NCBI GenBank assembly: GCA_036498725.1
Contig: DASYEY010000200.1
Location: 9,401 to 73,400, forward strand
Origin: Verrucomicrobiia bacterium
Lineage (GTDB): Bacteria > Verrucomicrobiota > Verrucomicrobiia > Limisphaerales > UBA11358
DNA length: 64,000 nt
Reading direction: 5' to 3'
Shown in pieces: positions 57,448-64,000 of this stretch (position 1 is its first letter; each line of letters begins with the position of its first letter). Both the position numbers and the translations under genes were made by a program. A model generated the notes under the pieces. It did no database searches and was not told the origin of the DNA. It was given only the letters and a program-made list of their open reading frames with translations.

Positions 57448-58706
57448 CCATGAGTTCAAACCACGCAAAAAATCAATTGCCGCCGCTGGATCTTTCCAAG
57501 TGGCGCGGCTTGCCGAAGGTTTTGATGGTCATCGGCGGAATTTTATCGGTGGCCGGATTGGCCGTCAGCGGTTACAAAAATCACTTTCAGGAATTCGGAT
57601 TTTCCTGGCTGCTGGCGTTCATGTTTTTTTACAGCCTCGCGCTGGGCTCATTGTTTCTCGTGATGATCCATCACTTGACCGATGCCGGTTGGTCGGTTGG
57701 CATCCGCCGCTTTTGTGAACATCTGGCGTCATTGCTGGGCTGGCCGTTGATCGCCATGTTCCTGCCGGTTGCAATTTTTGCGAAAGATATATACAGTTGG
57801 ATGAAGTTCAGCCCGGAGACCAATAATTTGGTCGCGGCTAAATTGCCGGTGTTCACTCAGACGGGATTTTACGTCACTTCCGCGATTTTCTTCGGTTTCT
57901 TGTGGTTTTTATCTTGGCGTCTGAGTTCGTTGTCGTTGCAACAGGACAAGACGGGTGCGGCGGAGCAAACGTACAAAATGCGTTTTTATTCGGGGTGGGG
58001 GATTGTTGCCCTCGCGTTGGTGATCACTTTTTCCGGCGTGTTATGGATGAAGGCCGTTCAGTATGAGTGGTTTTCCTGCATCTATGGCGTCTATTTCTTT
58101 TCCGACTGCGCATGGATCGCATTGGCAACGGTTTATATGATTGCTGCGATCTTGTACCGCCAGCGTATTTTGGCCGGATTATTGCAGGAAAATTATTTCT
58201 ACTACATCGGATTATTGTTCTTTGGTTTCACGTTGTTTTCGGCGTACACGGAGTTTGCGCAATACTTTGTCGTTTGGAACGCCAACATGCCGCAGGAAAC
58301 ATTCTGGTACCTTATCCGTGAAAACGGTAATTGGTGGACCTTAAGCCTGATATTGATTCTGGGACATTTCTTTGTGCCGTTTTTTATCCTGTTGCCGGTC
58401 AAGGTTAAGAGCAGCTTCAAAGTCGTCATCCCTGTCTGTCTCTGGGCCTGGTTGATGCACGCGCTGGACCTGGCGTTCAATATTTTCCCGACGTTGCACA
58501 ACGACGGTTATCATTTTAAATGGATTTGGCTGCCGCTCGGTACGATGCTTTTCATGGGCGGATTTTTGGCGCAGATTTTCCTGAATAAATTTAATGCCAA
58601 TCCGCCGTATCCGCAGCGTGATCCCCGCCTGCTCGAAGCGATGGGCGTGAACGCAAACCTCGTCAATGATCTGACGCCGGCCACCAATACGGGAGGCAAC
58701 CAATGA
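57444..58706 (+). CDS. actF: Alternative complex III subunit ActF (second NrfD-like membrane subunit)
   Basis: 420 aa, polytopic, in the canonical position after actE. There is an ATGA overlap with actE. Confidence 0.8.
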   Translation: MTMSSNHAKNQLPPLDLSKWRGLPKVLMVIGGILSVAGLAVSGYKNHFQEFGFSWLLAFMFFYSLALGSLFLVMIHHLTDAGWSVGIRRFCEHLASLLGWPLIAMFLPVAIFAKDIYSWMKFSPETNNLVAAKLPVFTQTGFYVTSAIFFGFLWFLSWRLSSLSLQQDKTGAAEQTYKMRFYSGWGIVALALVITFSGVLWMKAVQYEWFSCIYGVYFFSDCAWIALATVYMIAAILYRQRILAGLLQENYFYYIGLLFFGFTLFSAYTEFAQYFVVWNANMPQETFWYLIRENGNWWTLSLILILGHFFVPFFILLPVKVKSSFKVVIPVCLWAWLMHALDLAFNIFPTLHNDGYHFKWIWLPLGTMLFMGGFLAQIFLNKFNANPPYPQRDPRLLEAMGVNANLVNDLTPATNTGGNQ

Positions 58707-59071
58707 GTCTTGAAAATACCAATCGCGCTTCCGGTGCCGTCATCGCCTTCATCATCGGCAGTTTGATTTTTATCGTGCTGTCCGTCGTGGCAAAATTTGC
58801 GGTCACCGTGCCGGATATAGACGCCGACCCGGGTGCGCTCCGCAGCCGGGCACTGGTCCAGATGCGGGCCGTGGAATCTACCAATTTGACCGAACTCGGC
58901 TGGGCTGATGTCTCCCGCGGACTGGTGCGTTTGCCGATTGAAACGGCGATGCAGAAGGCCGAAAAGTTGTGGCAAAATCCGGCGCAAGCCCGCGCTGAAT
59001 TGATTGCGCGTGAAAAGAAGGCGGTCGCGCCCGCGCCGACGCGTCCGGTCAAACCCAGTGCCTTTGAATGA
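58703..59071 (+). CDS. Small single-TM protein of unknown function. Its position is compatible with an ActG/ActH-type accessory subunit, but I did not recognise any homology.
   Basis: 122 aa with one TM helix (GAVIAFIIGSLIFIVLSVVAKF) and a soluble tail. There are ATGA overlaps on both sides. Confidence 0.6.
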   Translation: MSLENTNRASGAVIAFIIGSLIFIVLSVVAKFAVTVPDIDADPGALRSRALVQMRAVESTNLTELGWADVSRGLVRLPIETAMQKAEKLWQNPAQARAELIAREKKAVAPAPTRPVKPSAFE

Positions 59072-60486
59072 ACGTGAACGAAAAATCTAACGCTGCTGAT
59101 GTCTCCCCGGGCCAGATCGACGCCTCGTGTCGTGTGCCTTTGCTCGCGCTGTTTGGCGGCGCAGCCCTGTGGCTGGTCGTCGGCCTCGTGCTGGCCTTGA
59201 TCGCTTCGATCAAATTTCATCAGCCCGAGTTTCTGGTAAATTGTTCGTTGCTCACTTACGGTCGCGTTCAAGCGGCGGCGAATGATCTGATTCTTTACGG
59301 CTTTGCCATTCCTGCCGGGCTGGGCGTGATGCTCTGGATCTTTGCCCGTTTAAGCCAGGCTGAACTCATCCTGCCGCTGGTGCCGGTTGTCGCTGCCAAT
59401 ATCTGGCATGCCGGCGTCTTTATCGGCTTGGTGGCGATTTTGATCGGCGAAACTTCTGGCTTTGCGTGGTTGGAATTTCCGCGCGCCAGCTTCGCCTTGA
59501 TGCTCGCGGCGTTTATTTTGATCGCCCTCTCTGCGGCCGGTACTTTTGGACAACGCCGGGAGCGCGAGCTTTATCCCTCGCATTGGTTTCTCCTGGCGGC
59601 GTTGCTGTGGTTCCCTTGGATTTATTCCACCGCCAATATTTTCCTTTTAATCTGGCCGGTGCGCGGCGTCGCGCAGGCGGTCATCAACTGGTGGTATGTG
59701 AACAATCTGATCTTTGTCTGGCTGACCCTTGTCGGCCTTGGCGTCGCCTTCTATTTCCTGCCGAAATTGGGCGGCAAGCCATTGCACAGCCGCTTTTATG
59801 CGCAATTTGCTTTCTGGACTTTGACGTTGTTCGGAACGTTCCTCGGCATTCCTCAGGGTGCACCGGTGCCGGCCTGGTTTCCGGCCGCCAGCACGCTGGC
59901 TTCAGTGTTATTGATCATTCCACTGATCGCCGTCGCCATCATTTTTGTCAAAACCGTTTGTGGAGCAGGCGCCAATTGCAAAGGCGGACCTTTCTGCCAG
60001 GTCAAATTTGGCACGGTTGTATTCCTATTGTCCGGCCTGATGCTGATCGCCATCAGTTGCCCGCACTTCAGCCAGATCACCCGTTATACCTGGTTTGAAA
60101 CCGCGCAAACCCAGTTGCAAATTTTTGGCTTCTTCGCAATTGTGATTCTCGCTGGCGCCAATGAAATATTGCCGCGCATCATGGCTTCGGCGCTGCCATT
60201 TCCGAAATTTGTCCGCGTGCAGCATTGGTGTTTTATGCTCGGCACCCTGTTGCTGGTCGGTTCACTGGCGGTCAGCGGCATCGAACAAGGTCTGAATAAT
60301 TACAGCTTCGCGACGGCCTTGCCGGCGTTGCGTATCAGCACCTTGGGTCTGTTTTTATTATTGATCGGCAGTCTGTTGTTTGCCGCCAATGTTTTTGTGA
60401 TGACGATCAAGTGGAAACTCGGTTTGGCCAAGGTGGTATTTACGACCGTGACGGCGCCATTGAAAACGGCGGAGGTGAAATCATGA
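59068..60486 (+). CDS. CcoN-like (cbb3 oxidase subunit I fold) polytopic membrane protein lacking all canonical haem and CuB histidine ligands
   Basis: 472 aa. It is colinear with CcoN signature blocks, but the ligand positions are substituted: YGRVQAAANDLI, WWYVNNLIFV, LGIPQGAPV and ETAQTQLQIFGF (see finding). Conserved non-ligand blocks are retained (FYFLPK, VQHWCFMLG). Confidence 0.75.
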   Translation: MNVNEKSNAADVSPGQIDASCRVPLLALFGGAALWLVVGLVLALIASIKFHQPEFLVNCSLLTYGRVQAAANDLILYGFAIPAGLGVMLWIFARLSQAELILPLVPVVAANIWHAGVFIGLVAILIGETSGFAWLEFPRASFALMLAAFILIALSAAGTFGQRRERELYPSHWFLLAALLWFPWIYSTANIFLLIWPVRGVAQAVINWWYVNNLIFVWLTLVGLGVAFYFLPKLGGKPLHSRFYAQFAFWTLTLFGTFLGIPQGAPVPAWFPAASTLASVLLIIPLIAVAIIFVKTVCGAGANCKGGPFCQVKFGTVVFLLSGLMLIAISCPHFSQITRYTWFETAQTQLQIFGFFAIVILAGANEILPRIMASALPFPKFVRVQHWCFMLGTLLLVGSLAVSGIEQGLNNYSFATALPALRISTLGLFLLLIGSLLFAANVFVMTIKWKLGLAKVVFTTVTAPLKTAEVKS

Positions 60487-61280
60487 AAAACGGCTTTACA
60501 GTTTTCCTGGCATCCTTCTTTGTGCTCGGCAGTTCGTGGACGGCCTTCGTGCTCGGCTCGGCAATCCAGCTTGGCCATGAAAAGCAGACCACGGTGCTGA
60601 ATGGCTCGGATGCTTATCCGGTTCAACGTGCTGGTGAGGCCACCCTTGGGTTGCAAGTATATCGTGCCAGTGGGTGTGCAGCTTGCCACACTGAACAGGT
60701 TCAACAAAATGGCATGGCGTGCGATGTGATCCTGACTGCGGCGGGAAAGAATGCGGCTGCAGTTTCCAATCTGGTCGCCAAGCTGAAACTGAGCGATCTT
60801 TCAGAAGAGGAAGCGGCGGCAACGGCTGATAAAATCACGGCGGCTGGCGGAAAAGTGGAAACCCGCATCATTGCCACCGGCGGCGACATTGCCCGTGGCT
60901 GGGGTATCCGGCATAGCGTTGCTGCTGACTACCTTTACGATTATCCGGTTCAACTTGGCAGTCTTCGCGTCGGGCCTGACTTGGGAGCGATCGGGGTTCG
61001 CATGGCCGATGTAAATCTGCAATTGCAACATCTTTACGCCCCGAAGAGCGTGAATGCTGCTTCGGCCATGCCGCCGTTCAGGTTTTTATTTGAAGTTCGC
61101 AAGGTGGGCACCGTGCGTTCGCCGGAAGCTTTGAATTTGCCCAAAGAATTTGCGCCGGCGGATGGCTACGAGGTCGTGCCCAAACCGGAAGCCAGACAAC
61201 TCGTGGCGTATCTTTTGAGCCTGCGCGCTGATGTGCCGTTATATGAAGCGCCGTTCACGCCTGCCACTCCCAAAAAATGA
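60483..61280 (+). CDS. CcoO-like monohaem cytochrome c (cbb3 subunit II homologue) with an insert of about 58 aa after the haem motif
   Basis: Taken from ATG 60483 (ATGA overlap). It has a TM anchor; GLQVYRASGCAACHTEQV (CxxCH at 60675..60689); DYLYDYPVQLGSLRVGPDLGAIG; and HLYAPKSVNAASAMPPF (the Met ligand region). Confidence 0.78.
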   Translation: MKNGFTVFLASFFVLGSSWTAFVLGSAIQLGHEKQTTVLNGSDAYPVQRAGEATLGLQVYRASGCAACHTEQVQQNGMACDVILTAAGKNAAAVSNLVAKLKLSDLSEEEAAATADKITAAGGKVETRIIATGGDIARGWGIRHSVAADYLYDYPVQLGSLRVGPDLGAIGVRMADVNLQLQHLYAPKSVNAASAMPPFRFLFEVRKVGTVRSPEALNLPKEFAPADGYEVVPKPEARQLVAYLLSLRADVPLYEAPFTPATPKK

Positions 61281-61879
61281 GCGACGAATCCAAATCCTGT
61301 TCCACTCCGTCCAACGCTGAACCCAAGGCGACGCGTTCGACTGTGCCCATGTGGATTTTTTCAGCGATGCTCGTGCTGATTTATCTGGGTACGGTTTATT
61401 TCGATCACCACAGCGGCTGGTTCAGTGCGAAGGTCTATTCCCCTTACGGCAACGTGGATGAATTGGAATTGTACCAGCCGAAGTCCGGCGCTGCCGCGCA
61501 GTTGGCGCGTGGTAAACAAGTTTACGAACAGGTCTGCGGCCTCTGTCACGGCGTGGACGGCATGGGTAAACCCGGGCAGGCGCCGCCGCTGGCCGGCTCC
61601 GAATGGGTCATGGCGAAGGGAACCACCCGCCTGACGCACATTCCTTTGCTTGGAGTCACGGGCACGATCAAAGTACAGGGCAAAGATTGGAACATGTCCA
61701 TGGCCGCAATGGGTGCTTCCTTGTCAGACTCAGACCTGGCATCGGTACTGACTTATATCCGTGGCTCTTGGGGCAATAAAGCTGAAGCGGTGACGGCTGA
61801 CGATGTGAAGGCGGTCCGGGCTGGCATCAAATCACCGGTGCCGATGACCGGTGAACAGATGATGAAGATGCCGGAATAA
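61277..61879 (+). CDS. Membrane-anchored monohaem class I cytochrome c (CcoP-like single domain)
   Basis: 200 aa with a TM helix (MWIFSAMLVLIYLGTVYF) and GKQVYEQVCGLCHGVDGMGKPGQAPPLAGSEW...SMAAMG. There is an ATGA overlap with the CcoO-like gene. Confidence 0.8.
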   Translation: MSDESKSCSTPSNAEPKATRSTVPMWIFSAMLVLIYLGTVYFDHHSGWFSAKVYSPYGNVDELELYQPKSGAAAQLARGKQVYEQVCGLCHGVDGMGKPGQAPPLAGSEWVMAKGTTRLTHIPLLGVTGTIKVQGKDWNMSMAAMGASLSDSDLASVLTYIRGSWGNKAEAVTADDVKAVRAGIKSPVPMTGEQMMKMPE

Positions 61880-61898
61880 ATCGTTTCTCTTTTAATCT

Positions 61899-61926
61899 AA
61901 AAGGCGTCCATTGTGGACGCCTTTTT
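61899..61926. terminator. Bidirectional Rho-independent terminator between the respiratory operon and queG
   Basis: AAAA-GGCGTCCA(61903..61910)-TTG-TGGACGCC(61914..61921)-TTTTT(61922..61926). The A-run and T-run flank the stem symmetrically. Confidence 0.8.
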
Positions 61927-62996
61927 CATTTTTGACGCGACACGATTTGCGTCATTGCCCAGCGTGCATGTTCGACAATCAAAGGCTCGGCGTCGGTAGC
62001 TGCGCGTTGCAAATGGGGCAGGGCAGTTGCATCCCCGATATTTCCCAGGGCGACACACACGTTTCGCAAAAGGCCGCGCCGCTTCGTCCGTAGAATCGGA
62101 CTATTTTTGAAACGCGCTTTGAAACCAGCGTTATCAAGTTGGAGCAATCCAATCAGATCCGGCGCGGCCAGGTCTGCCTGCGCGTGCGATTTCATTAAAT
62201 TTCCCGCACGCGCAAATTTATTCCAGGGGCAGGCGGCCAGGCAGTCATCACAACCGTAAATACGGTTGCCGATGGCGGGACGCAGATCAATCGGGATGGA
62301 GCCTTTCAGTTCAATTGTCAGATAAGAAATACACTTGCGCGCATCCAATTGAAACGGTGCCGGAATGGCGTTCGTCGGGCAGGCGGTCAGGCAGCGCGTG
62401 CAACTGCCGCAGCGATTTTTCTCCGCGGCATCCGGTTCAAGTTCCAATGTGGTGATGATCTCCGAAAGAAAAATCCAGTTGCCGAGCTTGCGGCTGATGA
62501 GATTGGTATGCTTGCCAACAAAGCCCAAGCCGGCTCGTTGGGCAAGATCGCGTTCCAATAGCGGTCCGGTATCCACATACCACAGTGACTCCGTCGGTTG
62601 GCCGCCAACATGATTCACAAAGTCTGTCAGTGATTTCAATCGTTCGCCCAGGATGTCATGGTAATCATCATAACGAGCGTAGCGGGCGACGACACCGGAA
62701 AAATGTTGAGTCTGCGGGAGCGGGTGACTGGATGACTGGTCCACAGAGTCCATTTCCCGGGAAAGTTCAGCTTGTTCATAACTGGTTGCCAGGACAATGA
62801 CGCTTTTGGCCCCCGCCAGAACCCGTTGCGGTTCAATGCGTTTTTCCGCATTGCGTTCAAGCCACGCCATTTCGCCATGTTTTTTTTCGGCGAGCCAGGA
62901 TTGAAATTTTTTGGCACTGGCCGGGGCGCTGGCCGAAGTGAAACGACAATCATCAAAGCCCAGCTCCAACGCTCGCTCGTGGATGGCCGTTTTCAT
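61926..62996 (-). CDS. queG: tRNA epoxyqueuosine(34) reductase
   Basis: Ferredoxin-type motifs CGSCTRCLTACPTNAI and CDDCLAACPWNKF are present, with a C-terminal HEAT-like ALGNIGDATALPHLQRA. Confidence 0.85.
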   Translation of the reverse strand: MKTAIHERALELGFDDCRFTSASAPASAKKFQSWLAEKKHGEMAWLERNAEKRIEPQRVLAGAKSVIVLATSYEQAELSREMDSVDQSSSHPLPQTQHFSGVVARYARYDDYHDILGERLKSLTDFVNHVGGQPTESLWYVDTGPLLERDLAQRAGLGFVGKHTNLISRKLGNWIFLSEIITTLELEPDAAEKNRCGSCTRCLTACPTNAIPAPFQLDARKCISYLTIELKGSIPIDLRPAIGNRIYGCDDCLAACPWNKFARAGNLMKSHAQADLAAPDLIGLLQLDNAGFKARFKNSPILRTKRRGLLRNVCVALGNIGDATALPHLQRAATDAEPLIVEHARWAMTQIVSRQK

Positions 62997-63538
62997 TTTT
63001 GTCCGCTGACCGCCAGCCGGAATTGATGCGCCACTTGCTGGGCCATTTCCCGGACGGTGCGGATTTCCGTATTCATCAAAACGTCAGCCTGCTTGTAAAA
63101 CGGTTCGCGGGCAGCCAGTAATTCGCGAATTTTTTTCTGCGGATCCGCATCATGTAACAGCGGACGATGCGACTGGTTGCGCACGCGTTCCCAGATTTTT
63201 TCCGGCGACGCCCACAGACAGACCGTCAAGGCATGGGTTTTTAAACTGGACAGATTCTCCGTATTGGCCGGGAGGCCGCCGCCGGTGGAAATCACGGTTT
63301 GAGTGCGGGTGGCCAGTTCAGCCACGACACTTTTTTCCAAAGCGCGAAAGGCGGCTTCGCCATCGGTTTTGAAGATGTCAGCGATCGTCCGGCCGGTGTG
63401 AGTCTGGATCAAGTCATCCGTATCAACGTAGTTAAAGCGCAATTGCTCGGCCACCAGCCGGCCCACGGAAGTCTTGCCCGTGCCCATGAAACCGATGAGC
63501 GCAAGATTCGAGATGTGGCGGCCGTTTTGCATGGGCAT
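62993..63538 (-). CDS. aroK: Shikimate kinase
   Basis: It carries the Walker A motif LIGFMGTGKTSVGRLVA, plus DTDDLI and STGGG. There is an ATGA overlap with the queG start. Confidence 0.88.
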   Translation of the reverse strand: MPMQNGRHISNLALIGFMGTGKTSVGRLVAEQLRFNYVDTDDLIQTHTGRTIADIFKTDGEAAFRALEKSVVAELATRTQTVISTGGGLPANTENLSSLKTHALTVCLWASPEKIWERVRNQSHRPLLHDADPQKKIRELLAAREPFYKQADVLMNTEIRTVREMAQQVAHQFRLAVSGQK

Positions 63539-63583
63539 GAATTACCGGATTTTCAAGGATAACGCACGTTTCAAATTTGTAAT

Positions 63584-63612
63584 TTGACAAAAGAACGGTT
63601 CGGTTTTATAAG
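63584..63612 (+). promoter_or_regulatory. Candidate sigma70-like promoter (TTGACA-N17-TATAAG)
   Basis: Hexamers at 63584..63589 and 63607..63612, about 50 nt upstream of ATG 63663. Confidence 0.4.
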
Positions 63613-63662
63613 AAGATGCGGCTATCCTTACTATTTAATTGGAGTTCAGAGCTACTAACTGC

Positions 63663-64000
63663 ATGAAAATCATTTTTTCTGCCTTGGTTATTTTATTGAC
63701 GGTGATTGCCGGTCATGGCCAGACGTTACGGACCGCAACGGCCACAGCGGTTATCTCTGGCGGATTTGTGGTCGGGATAACGGTGACCGATGGCGGCAGT
63801 GGCTATACCAATGTGCCGCCGGTCCATATCAATCCCACGGTCACCGATGGGGGCGGTACCAATGCGACCGCCACCGCATCGGTTAGTGGCGGGGTTGTCA
63901 CCGCGATCACCATTAACAATCCAGGTTCAGGTTACGGTGCCGTACCCGCTGTCAATATTGCGCCACCGGTCGTGCCCATTCCACAACTGACCGTCGCACC
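63663..64000 (+). CDS. Secreted repeat protein, N-terminal fragment (continues beyond the window)
   Basis: Absent from the ORF track because it has no stop in the window. My translation reads MKIIFSALVILLTVIAGHGQTLRTATATAVISGGFVVGITVTDGGSGYTNVPPVHINPTVTDGGGTNATATASVSGGVVTAITINNPGSGYGAVPAVNIAPP.... It has a signal peptide plus two copies of a GG.V..IT(V/I)..(G/P)GSGY...P.V unit. Confidence 0.6.
   Translation, partial: MKIIFSALVILLTVIAGHGQTLRTATATAVISGGFVVGITVTDGGSGYTNVPPVHINPTVTDGGGTNATATASVSGGVVTAITINNPGSGYGAVPAVNIAPPVVPIPQLTVA

Noticed and set aside
1-64000. I scanned the whole window for CRISPR arrays, tRNA or rRNA genes, transposases or integrases, toxin-antitoxin pairs and known defence-system hallmarks.
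   Set aside because: None was found. The only repeats are the protein-level module repeats, the 60-nt REP-like pair, a 12-mer tandem repeat and several hairpins. Intergenic regions are too short or lack cloverleaf-like structure.

Overview
This 64-kb chromosomal segment looks like a PVC-superphylum genome, most likely Verrucomicrobiota. That is inferred from a DUF1559/H-X9-DG prepilin-like protein, autotransporter-associated beta-strand repeats, an alternative complex III operon, and giant secreted proteins sharing an '...TNL..W....FYRV' C-terminal module. I found no rRNA, tRNA, CRISPR array, transposase or integrase.

Content falls into three groups:
(a) Housekeeping genes: nadA, rluE-like, folB, pdxJ, acpS, ppdK, queG, aroK, comEC, vanZ-like and an SPFH pair.
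(b) An accessory-looking surface/secretome block at about 1.8-34 kb. It holds GH2; a 1559-aa PATR-phospholipase C fusion; an imelysin + DUF1111 pair; a stand-alone dihaem module that recurs inside a 2131-aa propeller/PA14 giant; a YVTN propeller; a pseudopilin; and three parallel beta-helix / single-CxxCH giants, one of them split by a single in-frame TAG.
(c) An 11-gene, translationally coupled respiratory operon at 50933..61879: actABCDEF, a small TM protein, a CcoN-like protein, a CcoO-like protein and a monohaem cytochrome c.

The strongest candidate for something undescribed is in (c). The CcoN homologue has lost all six canonical haem/CuB histidine ligands. Its CcoO partner keeps its CxxCH but carries an insert resembling the ribosomal L7/L12 C-terminal domain. 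A HAD-Nudix fusion overlapping folB is a second functional lead.

All homology calls come from motifs read by eye in the translations. No database search was run.
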